DNA from: Octopus bimaculoides
Taxonomy: Eukaryota
Direction: 5' to 3'
Length of the DNA stretch: 64,000 bases
Assembly (NCBI RefSeq): GCF_001194135.2
Contig: NC_068988.1
Coordinates: 86,037,480-86,101,479, forward strand
Each line of letters begins with the position of its first letter. Position 1 is the stretch's first letter. Shown one piece after another: positions 24,083 to 36,960 of this stretch. The notes beneath the pieces were generated by a model that was not told the origin of the DNA, ran no database searches, and saw only the letters and a list, made by a program, of their open reading frames with translations. Position numbers and translations under genes: made by a program.

Positions 24083-24660
24083 AACGTCTATATATTTAAT
24101 ATTTGCTTAATTTAGAATGTGTTTAATATTTGTTTAATTTAGAATGTGTTCACCGAGGTGACCATCTCTGGTTCAGGAAAAATATCAGTTATCAAAACAG
24201 ACTTTGGAACCTAAGATTACGAAAAATCGATATTGTATATGGTTTCTGATTTGGGCTCAAGACCAGCGATACTAAGGGAAAATGGCAGCATCACGTCAAC
24301 TACTTATTTGGTGCTTTATATTTATCGACCTTGAAAGGATGGAAGGCAAAGTTTATCTCGGCGAGATTTGAAACCAGAATATACAGGCGCAGAATGAGTT
24401 ATTTCCCTTGGCTGTTAAAATCTGGGCGAATGGGTTATTTCCCTTGATTGTTAAAATGAAATATATTAGATATATATAAGGATCCCTTTCAGGGACCCTA
24501 TTGCCGATTTTTTTTCAGCAATCTGAGTATCCCATGAACGATAAAACGATGTAGGAGGAGTTAGCTAACAACTCCACAAACACACCCACAGATAGAATTC
24601 CCCCCCACACACACACACATATATATATATATATACATATATANNNNNNNNNNNNNNNTA

Positions 24661-24679
<19 letters not shown>

Positions 24680-24694
<15 letters not shown>

Positions 24695-24900
24695 TGTATT
24701 TGTTTGTCTGTGTTTGTCCTCGCCCCACCATCGCTTGACAACCGATGTTGGCGAGTTTACGTCCCCGTCACAAAGCGGTTCGGCAAAAGAGACCGATAGA
24801 ATAAGTCCTAGGCTTTTAAAGAAAAAGTCCTGGATTCTATTTGTTCGACTAAAGGCGGTGCTCCCGCATGGCCGCAGTCAAATGACCGAAACAGGTAAGA
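24680..24900 (+). mobile_element. SINE family A, 3' half
   Basis: ccaccatcgcttgacaaccgatg...catggccgcagtcaaatgaccgaaacag. Confidence 0.8.
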
Positions 24901-24942
24901 GTCAGAGCGAATACCTCAAAGCATTTTCCCGGCGTTCTAACG

Positions 24943-25595
24943 TAGTGGTTCTGAACCATTTTTTTAAAGGACCCCTTTGATTACTATTTTAGTCTGACCT
25001 CTCACAATATAGAAACATTTCTAATGGCACCAACAGACAAAATGGAAAAGCATTGCCCCAGGAGGATAGCGAGGGAGATGCACTGGAACAGTCACTCTGA
25101 CTCACAGAGCTCGCACTTGCGGACAGTAATTTCCACCCTGATTCCACCCTGATAGCGGTGAGCAGGGATATGGTCCAGGGGCCAAAAACGTCGGAGGTCT
25201 CGAGATCTCAACTACCACAAGCTCGACCACAAACCTGTCGGAGAGCCAACGTTACTTTGACAGTTTTTCTTTTTCTGGTGGACTCCCATAACCATCCGAT
25301 GTTTAAAATCTAGTTTTATAGATTTTGATAGCCACCGATCTTTATAGATTTTGTTTTTTACATATTCACTTGTGTAGGTTGGCAACAGCACTCTCTCAGA
25401 GAACATTTTCAAGTAGCCAGAAACACGTGGAACTATGTAAAACGTGAGAGAAAGAAACCTAGCTGTTTCTTCCAATAAATACATCTAAACCAAAAAAATT
25501 TTATGGTCCCTTAAAATACTACTGTGGACCCCAAATTTACTCTTTTGCTTGTGTGGACCCCAGTGGTCATATGGACCCCGGTTGAAAAACCTCTG
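24943..25595. mobile_element. hAT (Buster-type) MITE with unexplained internal sequence, inserted in a family-D SINE
   Basis: TIRs tagtggttctgaacc / ggttgaaaaacctctg; exact 8-bp TSD ttctaacg (central TA) at 24935-24942 and 25596-25603. Confidence 0.85.
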
Positions 25596-26101
25596 TTCTA
25601 ACGATTCTGCCAGCTCCCCGCCTTGTGTGGGTTTCTAATAAATGTGGAAACCAAAATTTTAGATCGTCTGATAGACAAGGGGAAGTAATTCAATCATATT
25701 TATCTTCCTATTAAGAAAAGAAATTTTTATTTGGAGAAATCATTTTTTATTAGCTGCACCCGTGAAAACTTCACAGAAAATATAAAAAATGTATGCATCT
25801 GTAAATAGTGACTTCATTTAATAACTATCGAATAATTATGCATAAGCAGGAACCTGGGAAATTCTACGAAATACAAAAAGTGTAAGCATCTTTAAAAGTA
25901 ACATCCAATTATAGTGTCGAAAAGTAAAAGCAATACCCAATATTGCTGAGGACCTAGTATACAGAATATGGTAATTAATTATAATGTAGAAATGTAAAAG
26001 TGAGATCCAATATTTGCTGTGGTTATGTATTTGTCTACTCTGAAAATACTGATAAACATTGAAAAATACAAAACGAACGCTACCTTCCTTTCAGACACCA
26101 C

Positions 26102-26136
<35 letters not shown>

Positions 26137-26658
26137 CCCTCTCTCTGTCTCTCTCTCTCTCTCACCCTCTTCTCTCTCGCATTGCCACTCACTTCAACTA
26201 TACCTTCTCTGCTTAACACTTTTTATTTCTTTTTCTTTCAACCTTTCCCTTCAACTGTAGAAAAGTAACAGTAACATCCACAGCTATTTCCCGACACTCG
26301 GGAGATTTTTTTTTTTTTTTTTTTTTCCCCACATCAAATTCTGATATATAATTGTTATCTACACTCTCTGAAAGGTATTTATAAAGAAAATTTCAATAAA
26401 AGATATCCATTTTTCCGAAAGTTATGTGGAAACAAAGTCAGATGAACGAAACACACACACACACACACAAATATTTTCAGTTTTGACAACAATTACATGT
26501 AGTGAAGAATATTGTATACCAAAGGAAAATGGAAGTACAGTAAATAAATTATTTTAACTATGAATCGTTGTCATTTATTTGTTTACTTTAAAGACACCCA
26601 CATGCCTATCGCATTTGTTCACCTTAACACATGTTGATATACACTTAACCAATACGAA

Positions 26659-27228
26659 GGGCCTTTGGGGTTTGACGGGCAACATTTGTTTTCTTAACGA
26701 AACACTTTCAAACTTGGGACACTGGTAGAATGTGTCATATAAAACAACTTATTCACTTAACCTTCTTAACAAAAAATTGTACATCGCAAGTTATTTTATG
26801 TTAAAGTTGTCGTATTTCTGTAATTTCAATCAATCACTGACGTCTATTCAGCTGAATAGAGTTACTGTTGTTCGGTGTCAAGTGTGTTATTCCCTGTTTA
26901 ATTATATCATTATTCCCTAGTAAGGGTTTAGGGTTTTAGGGTTAGGGTTAGGGTTATGGTTGTAGTTGTTGTTGACAAACAACGGGACTAATTTTATTCA
27001 AGGGAAAAGATCCCATGACACCGTTACGGCATTAATTGTTTTCACCACAATAGACGTCAGTGATTGGTTGAAATTACCGAAATACGACAATTTTTTACAT
27101 AAAATAACTTCGAATACAAATTTTTTATCTGTTCTATACCACAAAATATACAAATATTCGAAGTTTGAAAGTGTTTCGGTACCAAAAACACTACAAAAAC
27201 AATGTTGCCCGTCAAACCCCAAAGATCC
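26659..27228. mobile_element. Second Merlin-like non-autonomous element with TTAGGG tract
   Basis: TIR gg(gc/at)ctttggggtttgacgggcaaca; interior matches 17545-18194 (aacgaaacactttcaaacttgggacactggtagaatgtgtc; aatagacgtcagtgatt); gggttagggttagggtt at ~26938-26955. Confidence 0.75.
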
Positions 27229-27649
27229 CAAACAGAATTCATGTGCACCTCAAGGAGCCAATATATCTAATGAACTCTACCAGCGTTTCTTATCTTAATG
27301 AGATTTTCTACCCTAATTTACTATTGCGGTATTAATTTGTCTTTTTGTTTTATTCTCTTTGCATTGTTTATTATTGAGCTATCCTTACGCGCGCGTGCAC
27401 GCACACACACACACATATAAAGTTAAAAATTAAAGATTAAATTTAAATTTGCGTGTTGGGTATGTCCCGAGGAGTATGCCGACAAAGCACGTTAACTGCC
27501 GATGGCTACCTGGTGACAGCCATGGTAATTGCACAACCGTCGCTGGATCTACATTAGGAATTCCTCAGTGCACATTGAGTATAGTAGAAACCCTGCTACA
27601 ACTTAAAGGGTGATTACTTTAGGTTACTTTTTAGTTTACTTTTCTATTT

Positions 27650-28100
27650 CTAAAAACGCTTAAGATGTTTGCTAAAGATTTTTACAATGTGATCACCGAC
27701 GAGACGAAAGCAGTTGTATTTTCACGAAGAAATTACCTTTTAGATGATGAACAAAATGTTGCACCATGTCATCGTTGTGGTGGAGAAATAAAGAAAGCGC
27801 GAAGAAAATGGAAAAACGGATAAATTTTCCTAACTTTATGTTGCAAAACACACGGCTATTATTTATTTTTTGCTTCTTGTTATTATTTGCAAAGACATAA
27901 ATGAAATATGGTTTTATTATTATTGAAATAGTAAGAATTTTGAAAAAAATATATTTACAATGCTAAATGTGTACAAAAGAATTTATAATAAATTTGAATA
28001 GCAATTTGATAATAGAGATGAAATACAAATTTTAATAATGTTATCGATGAATTGAACGAACATCTGCTAAAACGTAAGAAAAAGGTGTTCGGCACTCTTC
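27650..28100 (+). pseudogene. Possible Merlin/ISXO2-type transposase remnant
   Basis: MFAKDFYNVITDETKAVVFSRRNYLLDDEQNVAPCHRCGGEIKKARRK resembles the N-terminal zinc ribbon of ISXO2-like transposases; the downstream part is badly decayed. Confidence 0.4.
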
Positions 28101-28807
28101 CTCATCTATAGCTAATAGAAATAATCGAGGTGAGAATGAGAGATTCTTTGGTTCACTCGTCTCATCTTTTTCAAAATACTAATTTTCGAATCCAACCAAG
28201 TTCTTTCAGTATTGACTCCAGCGTTTGGATCAATATAATGTCTTAGGTGGTTGACAGTTGAATGGCGGAAATTTAGACGATTTAGATTGAAGTATATTGG
28301 CCATTCGTCAGAATAAATAGCCGAATTTTCTGTAACTTTTCTTTGACTTATAGGTTCAAGTGTTTCACGATTTCAGAACGATGTTTGGCAGACGCGAGTA
28401 ATAGCCTTTAAAGTTGTAGATCACAGGTCAAAGTAGCAACTTAGAAACAATAGAATTTAGTGATACTTCTTCCTTCTTTCAGAATCAAACAATCAATATA
28501 TATTTGGAAACTGGAAGAAAATTAAATTCGTCATTCACTTGGTGAAGCAAACCGTACATGAAAGGGACAAGGTCTTGCAGCCTATGTAATTCTGAAAAGA
28601 ATTCCATTTTAATGGATCTCAACAAGCATAAGGAAGACAGATGCAAAATTTTCAACAACTACAGACACAGGAATTTTTTCTATCATAAAAACACACAAAC
28701 ATTCACATACATTATGAGACTTAAAGTTTAACAAGCATTTAGGAATGAAAAACTTATACGATCATACTGAAGAAAAAACATTTACGCTCTTAACACGGTA
28801 TTCAACA

Positions 28808-28917
28808 TTCATCCTTTCGGGGTCGATAAAATGAGTACCAGTTGAGTACTGGGGGCGAAGTAATCGACTTACCCCTCTTCCCTCAAATTACTGGCCTTGT
28901 GCCAAAAATTTGAAACC

Positions 28918-28951
<34 letters not shown>

Positions 28952-29160
28952 CGGTGGTGAGCTGGCAGAATTGTTAATGCTTCGGAAAATGATTAGCGGT
29001 AGTTCTTCCACTTCTGTACCTTCTGAATTCAAATTCCGCCAAGGTCGACTTATCCTTTCAGGACCAATAAACTAAGCATCAATCGAGTTCTGAGGTCGAT
29101 ATAATCGACTTATCTCTGTCCACAAAATTGTTGGCTTTGTGCTAAAATCTGGAATCTTTT
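28808..29160 (+). mobile_element. Two head-to-tail family-D SINEs separated by (ATT)n
   Basis: 3' half at 28808-28921, an att run, then a full copy starting cggtggtgagctggcagaa. Confidence 0.8.
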
Positions 29161-30827
29161 TTTCTTTTTTTTTTTATAATTACTATTATTATTTAAATAT
29201 ATAATGTTATAGTTTCGTAACAGTCAATTAATTTTACCGAACGGTTTCAAGTTGATAACTCTCCAGAACTGGAAAGATAAATTAGTTAATTATTGGACAT
29301 GGCTGTATTCCAGTGGGTGTCTCCTTTAACTAAGCTAGAGCTTGCAATTTTATAAATCAAGAACTATAATTGAAGAAGTATACCTTTGGCATACGTGTAC
29401 CTTCGTCTTAACTATTTACTTGTCTTTTGTATCACATATGACGCATAGAACTTATTTCCTTGGAGTTCATGCATCATATATGATACTCATTCCTAATTTT
29501 TTCAACCACTTGGGACTTATAAAAGCAAGAATTATATTATTGAGAACGTATGAGACAGGTTAACTAAAAGTCTGGAAACAAACATGAACGTTCAGAACAA
29601 AATTATGAAAATGTTTTGGATATGCAGAGGGTTAATCATGCATGGCATACCTTGCATTCATGCAAGAAATGTCACTGGTATTATTTTTAACTGATTTCAG
29701 GTGAAGACGACGAGTTAGCGTTGTTTTTACGACACTCAAGTTCAAATCTCACCGAGTTCAGTCTTTGCTTTTTTACCCTTTCAGGGTCGATAAAAGCATC
29801 AAACCACAACAGCGAATTGCCGAAATTGTATAGCGTTGGGCAAGGTAGCTTGTGGTACATGTTCTGCCTTGACTTTTTCTGTAATCTGAAAGCAACGCCT
29901 GCAACGACACAGGTCCCTGCTGTATCAACCGTAAGTCGGCGGTCTTTCCATTGGCATTAGAGGGAGGAAGCTTGCATGCATAATCAACTAATCATTTTCC
30001 CCAAAAAAAACTATGCCCAGGGCTATGATTTTTTTTTTTCTTTTTTTTTTTTGTGTGTGGTAGCAATTAGTAGTCGATGCGTGCAAGCCTCCTCTTTCGA
30101 TAAAGCCATTGGTGTTTATTCAAGGGAAAAAACTACGTTGGTTAGCAGTAAATAAGCTCTCGCTCGACGTTTCATTACATCATCAAACATATTTTGTTCT
30201 GTTTCGTCCATTTTTCTAATTTAATTTTTTCTTTTTTTTTTTTCCTAATTCATGCATTTGTTATAGAGTCAACTTATAAAACTTTCTTTTTACCATGTCT
30301 TATTACAGACCGCATTCATAAATAAAGCGTCCGTGNNNNNNNNNNNNNNNNNNNNNNNNNNNNNNNNNNNNNNNNNNNNNNNNNNNNNNNNNNNNNNNNN
30401 NNNNNNNNNNNNNNNNNNNNNNNNNNNNNNNNNNNNNNNNNNNNNNNNNNNNNNNNNNNNNNNNNNNNNNNNNNNNNNNNNNNNNNNNNNNNNNNNNNNN
30501 NNNNNNNNNNNNNNNNNNNNNNNNNNNNNNNNNNNNNNNNNNNNNNNNNNNNNNNNNNNNNNNNNNNNNNNNNNNNNNNNNNNNNNNNNNNNNNNNNNNN
30601 NNNNNNNNNNNNNNNNNNNNNNNNNNNNNNNNNNNNNNNNNNNNNNNNNNNNNNNNNNNNNNNNNNNNNNNNNNNNNNNNNNNNNNNNNNNNNNNNNNNN
30701 NNNNNNNNNNNNNNNNNNNNNNNNNNNNNNNNNNNNNNNNNNNNNNNNNNNNNNNNNNNNNNNNNNNNNNNNNNNNNNNNNNNNNNNNNNNNNNNNNNNN
30801 NNNNNNNNNNNNNNNNNNNNNNNNNNN

Positions 30828-30950
30828 ATCCTAACCCTAACCCTATTCCTAACCCTAACCCTAACCCTAAACACGTATTCATTTGCACACGCGGGTTAGG
30901 GATAGGGTTAGGGTTAGGGTTAGGGACAGGATTAGGGTTAGGGTTAGGAT
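30828..30950. repeat. Inverted telomeric repeat: (CCCTAA)n, 25-bp spacer, (TTAGGG)n
   Basis: atcctaaccctaaccct... at 30828-30870 and ...ttagggttagggttaggat at 30896-30950. Confidence 0.9.
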
Positions 30951-31551
30951 CGACCACTCAAGACTAGCTAGCGCGGACGCGCGACTGCGCGTTCGGGTCC
31001 GCGCTGCTTTAATAGTACCAATCAATAAAAGGGTGCTAGCATTGTGGAGAAGAACAATGGAAAAGGTAGATAAGATAAATTGATATCGATTGGTGACTTA
31101 TCTCTGCATTATTTATCCACACACTCTCTGCAATCAATCAGAACTCGATCATTTTTAAAATCAGCCGTGTGTATAAGTTCATAACCTTTTCATCTGTAAG
31201 GTTTGAATAAAAATTGGGAAGAACTATTGTAAAACATTTCATGCAGTAAAGTTTTAAAGGGCTGTTAAATACTGAACTTGCGTTTAGATAGTTTCAATAA
31301 CTCTGTAACGATGTTTGAAAGGGCTGTCGAAGTTTACAGAAAATCAAACGATTTTTTAAGAAATAGTGGGATCAATAATTAACAGAAAGGTGGTGGCCAG
31401 TATTGCATAAGAGAATTTTATAAGTCTACACCGTTAAAGAGTGGCTTCCCTTTCCAATACACACGACTTCACCTGAACGAATTCCAATCATTTTCTTAAG
31501 TTATTCTACATTTGTTGTTGTTGGTGGGTTGGTTGTTTGTTATTGTTACAG

Positions 31552-31630
31552 CTAAACAGAAAATTTTGTTTATCCATTCATAGATAAGACTCGTATGAAA
31601 GTCAGCATATCAAACGTGTTGTTTTGACCA
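31552..31630 (+). other. Candidate non-coding (5' UTR) exon
   Basis: T-rich tract ending ttacag, then 79 bp, then GTAAGT. Splice signals only, with no transcript evidence. Confidence 0.3.
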
Positions 31631-33209
31631 GTAAGTATAAATAATATGTTGTTCTTTACTTTTGCTTCTTTGAATAACAACAACACTACGAGAACTGGCA
31701 AAGATATTAGTGTTCCCAAGACGGGTTTGCTTTATGGTCATACAAATGTACATACTTTTGTGTGTGTGTGTGTGTGTATATAGATATATGTATATGTCCG
31801 TATGTATATACACACACACACAAATTGCACATTTTGTTAGCGGAGGAGGAAAGTAATACTAAATACAGAGTATAAAGTAAATTCATAAATTAATTTAAAA
31901 CGGAAATCGTTAGTCACTAATTTTGAAAATGAGTACGGACCGATAAACCCAGTGTTTATGTGCATGCCTATGGTTGTTTATGTTTGTGTGTGTGTTGGTC
32001 TTTCACATTAGCACAAGGTCATCAAAGTGCTGTCCGGGTAATTACATTAATAGCATCAGGTAAAAGAGATATTAAGAAGATAAATGCAAATTGACCCTTA
32101 GAGGATTTTAACTTAACAGTTATCATCATCATTAGCACAAGGCAACACAATTCAATGAAGAGGTAAAATTGGTTATTTAGGAACCAGTACTTGACTGGTG
32201 CCTTGTTTTAACGAAGGCGAAAAGTAGTAAAGGCTGGATCTGAATCTGGAACTTAAAGGGACGTAACTAAATATATTAAAGAATCTAATCCGTTGTTTCT
32301 GTCCCTCATCTCCTCTATTTCAAACTAGCTGGGGCAGTTCGGTTCTATACATTTTCGAGTATTGCTGTTATTGTCTGAATCAAAACTTATATATTACTAT
32401 AACACCGTGGTATCGAATAGGCTGTCATGTAGCCCCAGGTCAGTCATATATCGAGTTGTCCGATGACACTTAAGAAGTCCCTGAACAAGATAAGATCCAG
32501 AGATTCATCATCATCGTTTTAATGAGTAATTTTCCACTCTTGTATTGGCTAGACGAGTGCCCGTTGGAGCAGAGTTTTCGGCAGTTGGACACCCTTCCTG
32601 ATGCACACACAACCCCTAAAATTTCCAAGTGAACTAATAATGATTATGCCCTGAGAAGGAAAGATAGTATTCTTAGGATGATGTTGTAGTAGTGTTATGG
32701 GCTGTTGTAGATGTTTCTTTTGTGAGTGGGACAGATACTATAGTTATGATGGTATTGTAATGTTGAGAAATGTTGTAGATGTCTGTCTTGGATGGGAAAT
32801 ATAGCATTGTTAAGATGATGATGAAGAGGTATTTGATGCTGAGAAATATTTGTACATATAGTGGCCAGTTCTGAGAAAGCTGGGACTTACTGTGGAAACA
32901 AAGTCCCACACCTGGTCAGATGTCCTTTCATGTTCACTAATGCAGTCTAACCCCAGATTAACTGTGATTAAGCTGACCTATGACTAAAAGTATTCCAGTC
33001 ATATTCTCGTCTTTTTTTTTTCTTTGTGTTTATAGGCTCTTGGGTGTGATTTGTGAAAAATGTGGTTTGTATTTCTAGCATATTGAGTGACTTCATATAG
33101 GCTCCTTCATTGGTTTATGAGTGTTTTGTTTCATTGTGTGAGTCATATCTAAATGTATTCAATGAATTAATTTCTCTTATTGGTTGCAAATATAAACAGA
33201 CATTATATA

Positions 33210-34770
33210 AAGGGTTTGAAATATATTTGAGGACACTTACTTATCAGAGTAGTCAAAGCATATGGCTAAGTGGTTAAAGTGTTACACTCATAATCATAAG
33301 ATTGTGGTTTCAATTCTTGAACTGGGTGACACATTGAGTTCTTGAGCAAAACACCTCATTTCACATTGCTCCAGTCCATTCAGCTACCAAAAAGAGTAAT
33401 CCTGTGATAAACAAGCATTTTATGAAGGGGAGAAATATATTTGTCACAGAATCCAGCAAACCAGCCTTATGAACCTATGGCTTNNNNNNNNNNNNNNNNN
33501 NNNNNNNNNNNNNNNNNNNNNNNNNNNNNNNNNNNNNNNNNNNNNNNNNNNNNNNNNNNNNNNNNNNNNNNNNNNNNNNNNNNNNNNNNNNNNNNTAATT
33601 ATCAGAGTATTACTCTCTTCAAATCATTTAAAAGGATTTATCTCTTTCAGATTTCTCGTGCCATATAAAATACTAGCGCAAGAAATAAAAAGACATGCAC
33701 TCATTGCTGCCATATTTGCAAAACACAGCAATTTAGAAATTGCTGGCTTTCTAAATGTTGCAAGATCTTTTGCACATAGAGTTTGGCTGAAAGTGGAAGC
33801 CTCTGGTGGGAATGTTTTGACTGAATCAAAGAGAAACAAAAAAACATTCTAAACATTCAGGCACTATAAGGAAACCACAATTCATGATGATCCCAGAAAA
33901 TTAATGAGGGCTTATCACCAAATAAAATACCGGTATCAGAGTGGACCAACAAAATTGTGATGTAAAAGAATGTTTGATACAAGTTGTATGTACTTAGGAG
34001 AAACCAATTCTTGTCTGCAAAAACACAGGAAAAATGTTTAATCTTTGCCAAATGATTTCTTGACAAAGTTAAAAACCCTCATGAAGTTGGCATGCTTTGG
34101 TTCTTTGATGAGAAAAACTTCAACCAGAAGTTTAACAGGAGAGATGACAGATGGTTATATGCAGATCTTTCTGATATCCCCGGAGTGATGTCCACTTAAT
34201 TTCCAGTAACTGTGATGGTTTTAGGAGTACTGAGTAATAAAGATCATGCCATGCCATCTCACAACTTTCCATAGGGTCTTAGAATTATATAACTGCTGAT
34301 GACAGTAGTTAAACCCTGGATGGATGCAGTGGAAGGCCAAACGTGTTTCAACACAACTCATCACTTTCTGACATAACCCATGTAAACCAAGAATTGATAC
34401 CAATCTTTATGATCATGTAAACACCAAACTTGTGGCCTCCAAATTCATCAAATTTAAACCCCATGGGCTGTTTCATTTGGAGCATTGGTGGAAGGGAGAC
34501 TAATCAGCATTTTCTCAATACCATAGCTACACTGAAGGCATCCATTAGTGTTTGTCCAAAATGAAGAAGTACCATTTAGTGCAGATATGTCAATGATTCT
34601 GGCTTCCATTGAAGCAGTCATAGAAACTGAAGTTGGATTCATAGAATAATCTTATAAAAATGCTTAACAAGAATATGGGCACAAATTTTGATTACAATAT
34701 ATTTGGTTTTTACTAGATTAAAGTTTGTTTTAAATTACCAAATATGTCCTCAAATACCTCTCACACTCTG
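33210..34770 (+). mobile_element. Degenerate Tc1/mariner (maT/DD37D-like) transposon with both TIRs
   Basis: Left TA-aagggtttgaaatatatttgaggaca vs the reverse complement of the right end, TA-cagagtgtgagaggtatttgaggaca; KRHALIAAIFAKHSNLEIAGFLNVARSF, LWFFDEKNFNQ, WPPNSSNLNPMG. Confidence 0.8.
33255..33430 (+). mobile_element. SINE family B (5' part) nested in the Tc1-like element
   Basis: atggctaagtggttaaagtg...ggtttcaattctt...cttgagcaaaacacc...ttgctccagtccattcagct. Confidence 0.7.
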
Positions 34771-34947
34771 TATGCACATATATATATATATATATATATA
34801 TTGTGCTTCTGTGAGTAAAAAGTTCTTTGACTCTTATTTCTAGCAATGCTGGTGCTCCTTGCACCCTTCATCACATTTTAGCAGTGGTGAATTATTTCCT
34901 TTTTGGTTTTGAATTGCATCTAACCACCTTAATTATTTTATATATAT

Positions 34948-35152
34948 ATCATCATCATCATCGTTTAACGTCCGCTTTCCATGCCAGCATGGGTTGGACG
35001 ATTTCACTGAGGACTGGTGAAACCCGATGACAACACCAGCCAACAATCTGATTTGGCAGAGTTTCTACAGCTGGATGCCCTTCCTAACGCCAACCACTCA
35101 GAGAGTGTAGTGGGTGCTTTTACGTGTCACCCGCACGAAGGCCAGTCAGGCG
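34948..35152 (-). mobile_element. RTE LINE 3' UTR fragment with (GAT)n tail
   Basis: Reverse complement ends gcatggaaagcggacgttaaacgatgatgatgatg; homologous to 48520-48810, which overlaps the RTE 3' UTR at 63945-64000. Confidence 0.8.
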
Positions 35153-36563
35153 ATCTATTTGTTATCATAGTTGAAGTAAACTCTAATACTTGATAGTATA
35201 TTTTATTTCTTTCTTATCATTGTCTTTCAGAAGAAGATTAAGTTCCATTGTAGCCAGATTTGACATAACATCAGTTATGTAACCATACTAGNNNNNNNNN
35301 NNNNNNNNNNNNNNNNNNNNNNNNNNNNNNNNNNNNNNNNNNNNNNNNNNNNNNNNNNNNNNNNNNNNNNNNNNNNNNNNNNNNNNNNNNNNNNNNNNNN
35401 NNNNNNNNNNNNNNNNNNNNNNNNNNNNNNNNNNNNNNNNNNNNNNNNNNNNNNNNNNNNNNNNNNNNNNNNNNNNNNNNNNNNNNNNNTATGACATTTA
35501 TTTGTATTACTACTAGCAGCAAATCTTTGTTAACCAGTAAAATGCTCAGCAATTATAAAATTTAAGTAGCTTACACAAATGAAACAAGGTTTTTTATGAC
35601 AAGCCTATGAAAGAATGCTCAAAAATTATGAAGCAACTCAAAGCTACTAAAAATCATTTTAACTTTGAAAGAACTCAATATATATAAACCTTCTAACGGT
35701 CACTGACCATGTAACATCTCTGCTCGTAAGTTACCTCATCATTTCGTTTTTGTCTTGCTATTACATGTTTTATTATGAACTCCCTGAAGAGAAATATATG
35801 AGGAACCCCAACAGCTCTTTCTTCTTTGTGAAAGATCCTCTCATTTATTTCGAAACATGTGTAGGAATTAAAGAAACTTTTATTGACATGCATTTTGCTC
35901 CATCTATTATTATTATTATCCATATCTTCTCAAAATGTATCACTTTAACTTGGTATCCCTACCTGTAAAACGGCTGTGATATCGTGTTTTTTAGTGTAAT
36001 TTTGCTACTTATGGTAACTATTAACGTATTTAAATTATTGAAGGTTTTAATAACTGAGATAATGTGTGTGTGTGTCATTATCATCATTTTAACAACCACA
36101 TTTCCATGCTTGCATCAGTCAGACAGAATTCATTGAGGCAGATTTTCTACAGCTAGATGTCCTTCCTGACACCAACTTCACCAGTTTTCTATCAACTGAG
36201 ATGCTTTCCTGTTGTTGGACATGCTTCCATGAAAGAATGAAAATGAGAGACGCTGGTTCTATGATGGTGAGGTTCATTTTCAACTATCATGCAATGTCAA
36301 GACAAGGAGACACAAACAACAGGTTCCTTTCATGGCTGGCTGTATGGTAAGAAGTTTGCTTCTCAATCACTGTTCATCTCACTGTATGGTACCTTGGGTA
36401 AGTGTCTTCTACTATAACCTGAGATCTACCAAAGCCTTGCAAGTAGATTTAATTGTCAGAAACCGAAAGTAGCCCATCCTATATATATATGCGTGTGTGT
36501 GTAGGTTTGGTGATGCAAACTGGAAAAAAAGCTCAAAACCTGTGTATATGTATATATACACAT

Positions 36564-36960
36564 GTAGGAGTGGCTGTGTGGTAAGTAGCTTACTTATGAA
36601 TCACATGGTTCTGGGTTCAGTCACACTGCATGGCACCTTGGGCAAGTGTCTTCTACTATAGCCTCGGGTCAACCAAAGCCTTGTGAGTGGATTTGGTAGA
36701 CGGAAACTGAAAGAAGCCCGTTGTATATATGTATATATATATATATGTATGTGTAATGTGTGTCTATGTTTGTCCCTCCAACATCGGTTGACAACCGATG
36801 CTGGTGTGTTTACGTCCCCGTAACTTAGTGGTTCAGCAAAAAAGACTGATAGAATAAGTACTAGGCTTACAAAGAATAAGTCCTGGGGTCGATTTGCTCC
36901 ACTAAAAAGGCGGTGCTCCTGCATGACCACAGTCAAATCATTGAAACAAGTAAAAGAGTA
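36564..36960 (+). mobile_element. SINE family A, full length
   Basis: Head, core, internal microsatellite and gtaaaagagta tail all present. Confidence 0.85.

Noticed and set aside
27445-27530. HDV-like ribozyme suggested by TCCTCG on the minus strand
   Set aside because: P1, P2 and P3 helices could not be formed around it.
30828-30950. Telomere-telomere fusion scar
   Set aside because: The order is CCCTAA then TTAGGG, the opposite of a fusion; the arms are short.
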